Shown here piece after piece: positions 1 to 9,139 of a DNA stretch of 64,000 nucleotides. The stretch spans positions 2,815,956 through 2,879,955 of the forward strand of contig OZ241982.1 in assembly GCA_965204335.1 (NCBI GenBank). Direction: 5' to 3'. Under the pieces are notes generated by a model, which was given only the letters and a program-made list of their open reading frames with translations, was not told where the DNA came from and searched no databases. Both the position numbers and the translations under genes were made by a program. Origin of the DNA: Dehalococcoidia bacterium (GTDB taxonomy: Bacteria > Chloroflexota > Dehalococcoidia > Bin125). Every line of letters begins with the position of its first letter. Positions within the stretch are counted from its first letter, which is position 1.

Positions 1-171
1 CGGCTGCTGGATGTTGCCGCTGATCGAGGCTCCCGAGGGCGCGTTGGCGGCGCCGGCCTGGGCGGTCGGCAGGCGGTCGTCTCGACCGCGCTGACCACGC
101 CGACCCTGCGGCCGCGCCGCCCGTTGGGCCCGATTTGTGCCGCCTCGTCCTCGTCTTGAACCGCGTGCCAT
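1..171 (-). CDS. Partial CDS with Arg/Gly-rich N-terminus (MARGSRRGRGGTNRAQ...), runs off the window; function unknown
   Basis: ATG at 171 preceded by a GGAGG RBS; open frame to position 1. Confidence 0.6.
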   Translation of the reverse strand, partial: MARGSRRGRGGTNRAQRAARPQGRRGQRGRDDRLPTAQAGAANAPSGASISGNIQQP

Positions 172-246
172 CTGCAACCTCCGACGCTCCACGTACACGT
201 TACGCGCTGTTGCCGAACATCACCAGTCGGCGTAAGCTAGCCGAAC

Positions 247-323
247 GGCCCCGTGGTGTAGCGGCCTAACACGCCACCCTGTCAAGGTGGAGATCGGCGG
301 TTCGAATCCGCTCGGGGTCGCCA
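247..323 (+). tRNA. tRNA-Asp (GTC)
   Basis: Acceptor stem GGCCCCG/CGGGGTC, anticodon arm CCACC-CTGTCAA-GGTGG, GGTTCGAATCC T-arm, discriminator G, encoded CCA. Confidence 0.97.
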
Positions 324-333
324 CCAAAGTGCC

Positions 334-1398
334 CTAGTACCCGAAGCCAAAGCCCAGCCTAATCTGGCTCTTTTCCAGATCGGCTCGCCCGGCGAACCAT
401 AGCTCATCATCTCGCTCTCTGGCGTCGAAGCAGCCGTAAACCTCGACATGGTCTGTGTAGCGCCAGTGCACTTCGTCGTCATCAGGGCTCTGCACTCTCG
501 CAAACTCGGTCACAACCAGACCGAGGTGCGAAGGTTCTCGCCGCGGCAGCCAAATGATGACAACCCTGTTCTCGTCAACCTGGAAGGCATCCATCAGCTC
601 ATACATCGGAAACTCCCACGGTCCCTCGACATGAGCGATGTCGAAGGGAATCGTGGACTCTTCGCTCAAGCCAGTTGTGAGCAGGTGTTCGTATCGCCAC
701 TGGAAGTAACGCGCGTCCGGATCTGCGCAGTCGGGCAGGATCACGCTCAAGATGTCGGTCGCAATCTGCAACACCGTTAGATCGTCGATTCTCAGATCCA
801 TCAGAGAGACAAGCGGCTGCCGCGAGAGCAGTTCGGAGGATTCCGACTGCGTTGTTGACCGCCTCTCTGGCTCCCACTGCTCTGGCGGATCGGACACCTC
901 GTAGTCATCTGCCAGATCGAGCGGGTTGCCCTCAGAATCGCAGGGATAGGTCGATCGACGCTCTGCGATCACCCAGTGATCCTGCCACCCGGTCGTGAAA
1001 ACGGAAAGAACGAGGGTCCTCTCGACAATCAAGTAGTCGCCGTCGCGGTTCGGGAACTCTGGGCTGGAAGAGCGGAGTATCAGGTAGGGACTGGAGACGG
1101 TGCGATGCTCGTATTCTTCGATTGGTGGTCCTTCTCGTTCAACGACCTCGACTGCACCAGCAGGCAACTCCCACACATCAACATGCGAGATGTTACGCAT
1201 GCCGCGGAAGTAGTCACTGTGCATAAACGTGCCGCAGAACAGATCCTCTGACGCTCGAGAGGCGTCAATCTGGGAATCCAAAGAGTCCTGAGTCGTCTGC
1301 TCAGCCGCTTGCGGTCGGCGAGCTTGGGCATCCGAATACCCTTCTCCGGATCGCTCGTCCAGCGACTGACATGCCGAGAGCAACACACACAGAGTCAA
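334..1398 (-). CDS. Hypothetical lipoprotein (true start may be upstream, about 1452)
   Basis: 354-aa ORF with LSAC lipobox and acidic composition; no family recognised. Confidence 0.7.
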   Translation of the reverse strand: MTLCVLLSACQSLDERSGEGYSDAQARRPQAAEQTTQDSLDSQIDASRASEDLFCGTFMHSDYFRGMRNISHVDVWELPAGAVEVVEREGPPIEEYEHRTVSSPYLILRSSSPEFPNRDGDYLIVERTLVLSVFTTGWQDHWVIAERRSTYPCDSEGNPLDLADDYEVSDPPEQWEPERRSTTQSESSELLSRQPLVSLMDLRIDDLTVLQIATDILSVILPDCADPDARYFQWRYEHLLTTGLSEESTIPFDIAHVEGPWEFPMYELMDAFQVDENRVVIIWLPRREPSHLGLVVTEFARVQSPDDDEVHWRYTDHVEVYGCFDARERDDELWFAGRADLEKSQIRLGFGFGY

Positions 1399-1441
1399 TG
1401 CGAGCAGTGGTATCCACGCAAGAGAGAAGCGAGTAGACGGT

Positions 1442-4400
1442 CTACCACGTATCGATATAGGGGCGCTTCTTTCCTCGACGCTCGGGCGTTGGCGGGAGGC
1501 GCTTGAGACCGTTGACGATCCATGTCCTCGTCTCCGCCGGGTCGATCACGTCGTCAAGACCGCCGCCGGCCGCGGCGTTAACCGCTTTGGCGTTCTCGTA
1601 GGCTCGGTTGACCATGTTCTCGTAGGTCTCAATCCGTTCTTCGGGATCCTCGATCGCGATCAACTCCTTGCGGTAACCGAGTTTGACCGAGCCTTCGAGG
1701 TTCATCCCGGCGAACTCAGCCGTCGGCCAGCCGACCGTGAAGAATCCGACCAGTGAGCTGGCGCCGCACATCGCCTGGACGCCGAGTCCGTAGGCCTTGC
1801 GCACGACGACGCCGAACAGCGGCACGCTGAGGTTGGCGCCCGTGTTGAACATGCGGGCGCAGTGGCGCACGAGCGCAGTGGCCTCGACGTCCGGTCCGAC
1901 CATCATGCCGGGGCAGTCCATCAGGCTGAGCACGGGAATGTCGAAGGCGTCGCAGAGCTGGAGGAAGCGCGCGCCCTTGTCCGAGCCGTCCGAGTCGATC
2001 GCGCCGGCGAGGTGGTGCGGATTGTTGGCGATCACCCCGATCGGATGCCCCTCGACGCGGATGAAGGCGGTGATAATCCCGATGCCGAACTTCTCGCGGA
2101 TCTCAAGGACCGAGCCCTCATCGGCGATCGTGTCGATGATCTCCTTCATGTCATAGAGGCGCAGCCGGTTCTCGGGCACGATGTGCCGCAGCCGGCGCTG
2201 GTCGGGCGCGGTCCACTCCTTGACCGGACCCTGGAAGTAGCTGAGGTACTGCTTGGCGACCTCGGTCGCTTCCTCCTCGTCCTTGCAGAGGATGTCGACG
2301 ACGCCGTTGGGCACCTGGAACGACATCGGTCCGACTTCCTCGGGCGTGTAGATGCCGAGTCCGCCGCCTTCGATCATCGCCGGGCCGCCCATCGCCACGG
2401 TCGAGCCCTCGGTCGCGATGATCACGTCGCAGCAGGCCAGCAGCGCCGTGTTGCCGGCGAAGCATCGACCGTTGGTCACGCCGACCAGCGGGACGAGTCC
2501 GGAGAGCTTGGAGAACTGGGTGAAGGTGTAGGTGTCGAAGGCGACGCCCGGTCCGGTGCGGTCGTCGCCGGGCCGTCCGCCGCCGCCCTCGGTGTAGAAC
2601 ACGATCGGGAACTGGAAGCGGCGCGCCATCTCAAACATGCGGTCCTGCTTGTAGTGGTTGCGGCCGCCCTGGGTGCCGGCGAGCACGGTGTAGTCGTAGT
2701 GCACAACGATCGCGCGCGCGTCGCGCTCGTCCTCGAACAGGTCCCCGTTGATCGTCGCCGTGCCGGCCAGCAGACCGTCGGCGGGGGTGTTTTCGCGGAG
2801 CTGCTCGTCGGTGTTGCGCTGATGTTGGCGCGCGACGATCAGCGGCCAGTACTCCTGGAACGAGCCGGGATCGACGAGTTGCTCAATGTTCTCGCGGGGC
2901 ATGCGGTAGCCGCGCCCGCGCCGCTTGCCGACCGCGATCGGTCGATTCTCGTCCAGCGTGTAGGCGTGGCGTTCGTAGTTCTCCTGCAGGTCGGGGCGGA
3001 TGAAGTCGGGGTCGATCAGCTCGCCGCCGCCGACGGCTTCAACGGAGACCTCGGCCTCGAGGATGAAGACCAGCGGGAATCCTTCGCGGATCACGTCGCC
3101 GATGGAGCAGGCCACCCCCTTGACGATGCCGTCGCGGTCGGCCTGGATGACATGTTCCATCTTCATCGCTTCCATCGCGACGAGGTCCTGCCCCTTCCGC
3201 ACCTCCTGCCCGTCCTCCACCATGATCGAAACGATCGTGCCCTGGATCGGCGCGGGCAACCCAATCGAGCCTTCGGGACCGGTCAGGTCAGGCGCTTCTT
3301 CCTCAACGACCTGGATCGACTGCTCCTGCTTGACGCGCTGGTCGTGCTCGAAGAGCGCCAGCGGGTCGCGGGAGTCGACGCGCGCGCCGGCGAAGCCGGT
3401 ATCGGCGGTCGGCGCTTCGGTGGAGAGATAGCGGATCCGCTGCGCGCCGTTGGTCGAAGCCAGCTCGGCCATCTGCTCGTCGACCCAGCGCGTATGGACT
3501 CGGCCCTCGGCCAAGTCTTCATGCTCGAGCACGTTGGTCAGGAAGGGGATGTTCGACGCGACGCCCTCGATCCGAAACTCGGACAGCGCGCGCAGCGAAC
3601 GCGTGACCGCGTCCGCAAACGTCGGCGTCGGAGAATGCGCGATCACCTTGGCCAGCAGCGAGTCGAACGCTGTGGAGGTCTGATAGCCCACGTAACCGAA
3701 GCCGTCGGTGCGAACGCCTGGTCCCGACGGCGCTTCGTATGCCTTGAGCGTGCCTGAGGCCGGACGAACCGAACCGTCCGGGGTCAGCGTTTCCATGTTG
3801 ACCCGGGTCTGGATGGCGAATCCGCGAGGTCGCAGCCATGAGGGATCGTCGAGGCCGAGTTCGGCAATCGTCGAGCCCTGCGCCGCGCGCAGTTGAGACT
3901 GGACCAGGTCGACGCCAGTGACCTGCTCAGTCACGGTGTGCTCGACCTGGAGTCGCGCGTTGGCTTCGAGGAAGTAGAACCGGTCATCGGATCTGTCGGA
4001 CGCGTCGAGCAGAAACTCGAAGGTGCCGAGCGACGAGTAGCCCACATCGCGAGCGATGCGCACGGCCGCTTCGACGATGGCTTCGCGGGTTGATGCTTCG
4101 AGGTGGGGCGCCGGCGCAATCTCGACGATCTTCTGGAATCGCCGCTGGACTGAGCATTCCCGCTCCCAGAGATGCCCAACGCCGCCGTGCAGGTCTCCGA
4201 TGACCTGAACTTCGATGTGCCGAGCGCGGGGAATCAGTTGCTCGACGTAGAGCGCGCCAGAGCCGAAGGACATGTGCGCCTCCGAGACGCAGCGCTCCCA
4301 GGCGGCTTCCAGGTCGTCGATCTTCGTGACGGCCCGTGAACCGCGTCCGCCGCCTCCGGCGACCGCTTTCAGCATGATCGCCGCGTCGTCGCCCAGCGAC

Positions 4401-4864
4401 TCAAAGAACTCCAGGGCCTCTTGCAGGTTGACCGCTTCGTCCGAGCCCTCGATCACGGCCACGCCCGCCTCGCGGGCCGCCTGACGGGCGCGGACCTTGT
4501 CGCCGAACAGGTCGAGCAGATGCGGCGTCGGTCCGACGAAGGTGATGCCTGCGTCGCGGCAGGCGCGGGCGAAGTCCGCAGACTCGGCGAGGAATCCGTA
4601 GCCGGGATGCACCGCGTCGCACCCGGTGGACTGGGCAGCCGCGATCAGACCGTCGATGTTCAGGTAGGCCGGCACGCCGAGCCCGTCAAGCGCCGCCGCC
4701 TCATCGGCCGCGTGCACGTGCAGCGACTTCGCGTCGTCCGTCGAGTAGACCGCGACCGTTGCGATCCCAAGGTCGGATGCCGCTCGCGCGACCCGGATCG
4801 CGATTTCGCCGCGATTGGCGATCAGCAACTTGGAAACGGGAGACACAGAACCACTCGGCGGCAT
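1442..4864 (-). CDS. Single-chain biotin-dependent acyl-CoA carboxylase (BC-BCCP-CT)
   Basis: LIANRGEIA, HPGYGFLAE, RECSVQRR, RLQVEH biotin carboxylase motifs; EAMKME biotinylation site; C-terminal carboxyltransferase domain. Confidence 0.93.
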   Translation of the reverse strand: MPPSGSVSPVSKLLIANRGEIAIRVARAASDLGIATVAVYSTDDAKSLHVHAADEAAALDGLGVPAYLNIDGLIAAAQSTGCDAVHPGYGFLAESADFARACRDAGITFVGPTPHLLDLFGDKVRARQAAREAGVAVIEGSDEAVNLQEALEFFESLGDDAAIMLKAVAGGGGRGSRAVTKIDDLEAAWERCVSEAHMSFGSGALYVEQLIPRARHIEVQVIGDLHGGVGHLWERECSVQRRFQKIVEIAPAPHLEASTREAIVEAAVRIARDVGYSSLGTFEFLLDASDRSDDRFYFLEANARLQVEHTVTEQVTGVDLVQSQLRAAQGSTIAELGLDDPSWLRPRGFAIQTRVNMETLTPDGSVRPASGTLKAYEAPSGPGVRTDGFGYVGYQTSTAFDSLLAKVIAHSPTPTFADAVTRSLRALSEFRIEGVASNIPFLTNVLEHEDLAEGRVHTRWVDEQMAELASTNGAQRIRYLSTEAPTADTGFAGARVDSRDPLALFEHDQRVKQEQSIQVVEEEAPDLTGPEGSIGLPAPIQGTIVSIMVEDGQEVRKGQDLVAMEAMKMEHVIQADRDGIVKGVACSIGDVIREGFPLVFILEAEVSVEAVGGGELIDPDFIRPDLQENYERHAYTLDENRPIAVGKRRGRGYRMPRENIEQLVDPGSFQEYWPLIVARQHQRNTDEQLRENTPADGLLAGTATINGDLFEDERDARAIVVHYDYTVLAGTQGGRNHYKQDRMFEMARRFQFPIVFYTEGGGGRPGDDRTGPGVAFDTYTFTQFSKLSGLVPLVGVTNGRCFAGNTALLACCDVIIATEGSTVAMGGPAMIEGGGLGIYTPEEVGPMSFQVPNGVVDILCKDEEEATEVAKQYLSYFQGPVKEWTAPDQRRLRHIVPENRLRLYDMKEIIDTIADEGSVLEIREKFGIGIITAFIRVEGHPIGVIANNPHHLAGAIDSDGSDKGARFLQLCDAFDIPVLSLMDCPGMMVGPDVEATALVRHCARMFNTGANLSVPLFGVVVRKAYGLGVQAMCGASSLVGFFTVGWPTAEFAGMNLEGSVKLGYRKELIAIEDPEERIETYENMVNRAYENAKAVNAAAGGGLDDVIDPAETRTWIVNGLKRLPPTPERRGKKRPYIDTW

Positions 4865-4925
4865 ACGTCACTCCAACTTCAATCGGGACGAAACGGAGAC
4901 GGACACATCGACTGTGGCAACGATA

Positions 4926-7451
4926 TCAGCGAGCCTCTGCCTTCCGTGAGACGACGTCATCCATCGTTCCGCTGATGCCGCGCTCGACCAGCGATCGATA
5001 CTCAGCTTCCGTCATGCCCAACTCCTCGGCAAACACTTCAAACGAGTGCTCGCCGACGCACGGAGACGGCCGCAGCTCTCGATCTTCGGAGCCGCTGAAT
5101 CGCCAGGGCGCGCCGGGCAGCCAGGATTCGCCGACCTCGGGATGGTCAACCGACTGGATGAACCCGCTGGCCAGGTAGTTTGGATCGGGCTCCGAGAACT
5201 GCTCGTAGGGCCGCGCGACTCGCGCGGCGTCGATCCCGGCGGCGATCAAGCGCTGTTCGACTTCTACGGAATCCCGACCGGAGGTCCACGTTGTGAGGAT
5301 CTCGTCCAACGGCTGCTCGTTGGCCTTGCGCGACGCGGCGCTCGCGAATCGGGAGTCCTGAGACAGCTCCGGCCGGCCGATTTCGCGGCACAACGCTTGC
5401 CACTCCGAGTCCGAACCGACCGAAATCGCCACCCACTCGTCCTCGCCGGCGCACGCATAGACCTGATGCGGAGCGCGCTGCCGGTCATGATTGCCGATTG
5501 GGACGGGCAACCGGCGCGTGGCGTCGTACTCGGTGATCGCGTCCCCGACGACGACGCCCATCGCCTCAAGCATGGCAACGTCGATTCGTTGCGGTCCGCC
5601 GACGCGCTCTCGCCGGGCCAATGCGGCGATGATCGCGGCCGCCATCGAGTACCCGGAGATCGAATCCGGATAGAGCCCGCCGGTGTTCATGCCGGGATCG
5701 CCCTCGTATCCGTGAATCGATGAGAGACCGGACATCGGTTCGGTGGTCGCGCCGTTGGCCGGGTAGGCGGAGAACGGACCGGTGACGCCATAGCCGGAGA
5801 TTGACGCCAGAATCACGTCCGGCCGCTGGTCGGCAAGCGACTCCAGCGTGATTCCCCACCCCTCGAGCACGCCGGGACGGAAGTTCTCGCAGATGATGTC
5901 GAAGTTCGGCATCATCCGCCAGAAGATCTCTTTGCCTTCAGCAGTGCCGAGATCGAGCGTGATCCCGCGCTTGTTCAGGTTGACCGCGTTGTACACACCC
6001 TGCAGGTTGACCGGATGTTGCGTCTTCGAGTCGTCGCGAATCGCATCCGGCACCCATGGCCGCAGCAAGCGCCAGATGTCGACCCGCCGCAGCGCCTCGA
6101 TCTGAACCACGTCCGCGCCCAGGAAGGCCAGCAGTTCGGTCGCGAACGTCCCGCTCCAGGCCTGGGTGAACGTGAGGATGCGGATCCCGTCCAGCGGGCC
6201 GCGCGTGGGAGAAGGGAAGATTCGCTCTCCCCCTGCTCCGCCGCCGACACCGTCGCGCGCTGCCTCCCACTCTCCCCCCGCGGAGCGGGGGGAGATGTCA
6301 CGGAGTGACAGCGGGGGGCGCCCTCCGTTTGACGCCGAACCCAACCTCGGCGCCGGCGACTTCAGCGACCAACTCGGCGGCGACATCGGATGCGGATCGC
6401 CCGAAGCCCGCACGGTCCGACCGTCCAACTCCGTCTCAACGATGAAACCCCGAGCCTCAAGCTGCTCGTTCTCCACCAGCTCGGGAATCGTCTGCATCAC
6501 GCCCGAAATGCAGCGCAGCTCGGCCAGACGGTGAAAGAGCGGCCACTTCTCCATTTGCGGCAGTTCGCGCGCCACTCCGGCCATGACGGCAGAGAGGTCC
6601 TTGGAGTAGCGGGCATTGCGCGCCTGGAGGTCTTCGCGTGCGCCCTGCTCGGGCAGATTGAAGAGCTCCATCGCCTCAGGCCAGTTGTGCCAGTCGCCGA
6701 AGCCGAAATTCATGCGACCGTCGGCCGCGTCCCAGAGCGGTCCCGGTTCACCCCGCGGCCGACCGCCGGTCGCGCCCCGCGACCAGCCGGTCCCCTGGTA
6801 GATCGCGCCGATGGTCCAGGGATAGACGGTGTGAGTCATCGCCTCCAGCTCGCGGACATCGACCAGCTCCCGGATCTCGGACTCGAATCGACGGTGCAGC
6901 GCGGCGGTTCCCGCGACAAAGGCGGCCAGTCCGCCCATGTAGCCAAACTGGCGCGACGGCAGGGTCAGCGGCGATTCGTCTCGCAGCGCATTCACGTACG
7001 CCCAGCCGCATCGCGCGTTCAGGGTGAGGTTGCCGCCCGGTACCTCGGCGAGCGGACCGTCGAGTCCGAATGGCGTCACCGACAGGTGAACAGCCTCAGG
7101 TCGCATCGAGGAGAGCGGCCATCGGGTCAGAGCTGTAGAGTCGTCGGTCGTGACCACGACATCGGCCGCGGCGATCCAGGGCTCCGCCTCCTGGGGACCG
7201 GAGATCACGGTCGAGCGCTTGTTCCAGTTGACGTAGGCGTGCAGCGCGGAACGCTCGACGCCCGGCTCGTCGTCGAGATACGGCGCTTCGTGCCTGAGTG
7301 GATGGCCGTCGGGCGGCTCCAGCATCACAACCTCAGCGCCGTGGTCGGCAAACAGCCGCCCCGCGAACGCACCCGACATCCGTCGCGACAGGTCGACGAC
7401 AAGGAGGCCTTCGTAGGCGGGAACGACGTCCTCGAACATGAAATCGCTCAC
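4926..7451 (-). CDS. Family III (CaiB/BaiF) CoA transferase, two tandem domains
   Basis: Two CaiB repeats (GAEVVMLE...NWNKRS; GADVVQIE...NLNKRGITLDL, ENFRPG); GTG start at 7451 after an AGGGAG RBS. Confidence 0.9.
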   Translation of the reverse strand: MSDFMFEDVVPAYEGLLVVDLSRRMSGAFAGRLFADHGAEVVMLEPPDGHPLRHEAPYLDDEPGVERSALHAYVNWNKRSTVISGPQEAEPWIAAADVVVTTDDSTALTRWPLSSMRPEAVHLSVTPFGLDGPLAEVPGGNLTLNARCGWAYVNALRDESPLTLPSRQFGYMGGLAAFVAGTAALHRRFESEIRELVDVRELEAMTHTVYPWTIGAIYQGTGWSRGATGGRPRGEPGPLWDAADGRMNFGFGDWHNWPEAMELFNLPEQGAREDLQARNARYSKDLSAVMAGVARELPQMEKWPLFHRLAELRCISGVMQTIPELVENEQLEARGFIVETELDGRTVRASGDPHPMSPPSWSLKSPAPRLGSASNGGRPPLSLRDISPRSAGGEWEAARDGVGGGAGGERIFPSPTRGPLDGIRILTFTQAWSGTFATELLAFLGADVVQIEALRRVDIWRLLRPWVPDAIRDDSKTQHPVNLQGVYNAVNLNKRGITLDLGTAEGKEIFWRMMPNFDIICENFRPGVLEGWGITLESLADQRPDVILASISGYGVTGPFSAYPANGATTEPMSGLSSIHGYEGDPGMNTGGLYPDSISGYSMAAAIIAALARRERVGGPQRIDVAMLEAMGVVVGDAITEYDATRRLPVPIGNHDRQRAPHQVYACAGEDEWVAISVGSDSEWQALCREIGRPELSQDSRFASAASRKANEQPLDEILTTWTSGRDSVEVEQRLIAAGIDAARVARPYEQFSEPDPNYLASGFIQSVDHPEVGESWLPGAPWRFSGSEDRELRPSPCVGEHSFEVFAEELGMTEAEYRSLVERGISGTMDDVVSRKAEAR
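6270..6318 (-). repeat. Family-B palindromic repeat inside the CoA-transferase inter-domain linker
   Basis: CTCTCCCCCCGCGGAGCGGGGGGAGATGTCACGGAGTGACAGCGGGGGG, near-identical to the intergenic copy at 29004-29054. Confidence 0.85.
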
Positions 7452-7484
7452 TGACTCCCTCAATCTTCTATGCCGCCCTCTGAT

Positions 7485-7518
7485 CCCCTCTCCCCCTGGG
7501 AGAGGGTGAGGGTGAGGG
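7485..7518 (-). repeat. Family-A palindromic repeat (consensus CCCTCACCCTAACCCTCTCCC-N-GGGAGAGGG)
   Basis: Matches copies at 23138, 26628, 27892, 62261, 62312. Confidence 0.85.
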
Positions 7519-7602
7519 CCCTCCGAATCCGCGCACACAGCGTCACACTATCTGATACCCGAGCAAAGCTGACTTATCCTCAGCCCACAGGTGGAGGACG
7601 AA

Positions 7603-9129
7603 ATGACGTATGACGACATCATCATCGGTGCTGGTTCGGCCGGAGCCGTGATCGCAGCGCGGCTGTCTGAGGATCCGAATCGCCGGGTGTTGCTGCTTGA
7701 GGCGGGGCCGGACTACACGCGGGTCGAGGACATGCCGCGCGATCTGCTCAAGCCGTGGGTGTCCTGGCGCGACCACGACTGGGGCTTCCAGGCCAACGCC
7801 CGCCACGGCCGCGAGTTCCCCCTGCACCGAGGCAAGGTGATGGGCGGCTCGTCGGCGGTCAACGGCACGATCGCGCTGCGCGGTGTGCCCGGCGATTTCG
7901 AGTCGTGGGTGGCTCTGGGCTGCGACGAATGGGGCTTCGAGGACGTGTTGCCGTACTACCGCCGGCTGGAATCCGACCCTGAGGGCGGAGACTTCCACGG
8001 CCTGTCAGGGCCCGTCCCGATCGAGCGGGAGTCGTCGGACAACTGGCAGCCGCTGCAGCAGGCGTTCTACGACGCCTGCCGCCGGAGCGGCTTCGACGAT
8101 GTCTGGGACCACAATCTGCCCGACGCGACCGGTGTCGGTCCGTGGCCGCGCAATCGCCGGGACGGCAACCGGATCTCGACCAACATCGCCTACCTGCTCG
8201 GTATCCGCGAGCGCGAAAACCTGACGATCCGTCACGGCGTGCTGGTCGACCGGCTCAGATTCGACGACGAATCGGGCGCCCGCGTGAACGGCGTCGTGCT
8301 GAGCGACGGCGAAGAGATCGCCGGCGAGCGGGTTTGCGTGTCGGCCGGTTCAGCGGTTTCGCCGGCGATCCTGCTGCGCAGCGGAATTGGTCCGGCCGAG
8401 AAGCTCTCGCCGCACGGGATCAGGCAGCGCGTTCCGCTGCCTGGAGTCGGCGAGAATCTGATCGACCATTTCGGCACCGGCGTGCAGGCCTTCCCCAGGC
8501 CCGAGGTCGTGCATGACCCGGACGTGGTCACGGAAATCGGCGTGCGCTACACCGCGCCGGGCTCGGATCAGTTCAACGACATGCAGCTCGCGATCTCGAC
8601 CATCTGGGACGAAGACCAGGTGCGCGGCTTGACCGAAGCGCCGCGACAGCACCCGTCGTTCGGGATCGGCGCGGTGATCCAGCGGCCGTTCTCGCGCGGC
8701 TCGGTGACGCTGCGTTCAATCGACCCCTCGGAGCAACCGCAGCTCGATATGAACTACGCCTCGCATCCCGAGGACTTGCGGCGGCTGATGGACGGCGCCC
8801 GGCTGTGCTGGGAGATCATGCATTCCGACGCGATCATGCCGTTCGTCGACCGCGTGATCGCCCCGCGTGCCTCGGTCATGGAATCGGACAACGCGCTGGC
8901 CGATTACATCCGCCGTACCACCTCGACCACCTGGCACATCTGCGGGACGGCGAAGATGGGTCCGTCAACCGATCCGCTGGCCGTCACTGATCAGCGCGGC
9001 CGGGTCCACCAGACCCAGAACCTGAGGGTCGCCGACGCCTCCATCATGCCCGACATCGTCAGTTGCAACACGAACCTCACCGCCATCATGATCGGCGAGC
9101 GGGTCGCGGAGTCTCTCGCTAACGAGTGA
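7603..9129 (+). CDS. GMC oxidoreductase (choline dehydrogenase/MftG-like)
   Basis: GAGSAG, LLLEAG, GKVMGGSSAVNG, GVGENLIDH, WHICGTAKMG, LRVADASIMP, NTN motifs; GGAGG RBS. Confidence 0.92.
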   Translation: MTYDDIIIGAGSAGAVIAARLSEDPNRRVLLLEAGPDYTRVEDMPRDLLKPWVSWRDHDWGFQANARHGREFPLHRGKVMGGSSAVNGTIALRGVPGDFESWVALGCDEWGFEDVLPYYRRLESDPEGGDFHGLSGPVPIERESSDNWQPLQQAFYDACRRSGFDDVWDHNLPDATGVGPWPRNRRDGNRISTNIAYLLGIRERENLTIRHGVLVDRLRFDDESGARVNGVVLSDGEEIAGERVCVSAGSAVSPAILLRSGIGPAEKLSPHGIRQRVPLPGVGENLIDHFGTGVQAFPRPEVVHDPDVVTEIGVRYTAPGSDQFNDMQLAISTIWDEDQVRGLTEAPRQHPSFGIGAVIQRPFSRGSVTLRSIDPSEQPQLDMNYASHPEDLRRLMDGARLCWEIMHSDAIMPFVDRVIAPRASVMESDNALADYIRRTTSTTWHICGTAKMGPSTDPLAVTDQRGRVHQTQNLRVADASIMPDIVSCNTNLTAIMIGERVAESLANE

Positions 9130-9139
9130 CCGTCGGCTC

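Noticed and set aside
247-1441. Integrative island at tRNA-Asp
   Set aside because: No integrase and no duplicated tRNA 3' end noticed downstream; only one atypical gene.
1862-3757. 631-aa + strand ORF, and similar long ORFs at 15497-17008, 18875-21061, 23100-24659 and 41664-42830
   Set aside because: Antisense shadows of well-supported genes, expected in high-GC DNA; no recognisable motifs.
7452-7538. N-terminal extension of the CoA transferase (PHPHPLPGGEG)
   Set aside because: It is a translation of the intergenic family-A repeat; a better RBS and GTG lie at 7451. The same applies to ORF-track extensions at 26667 and 29041.
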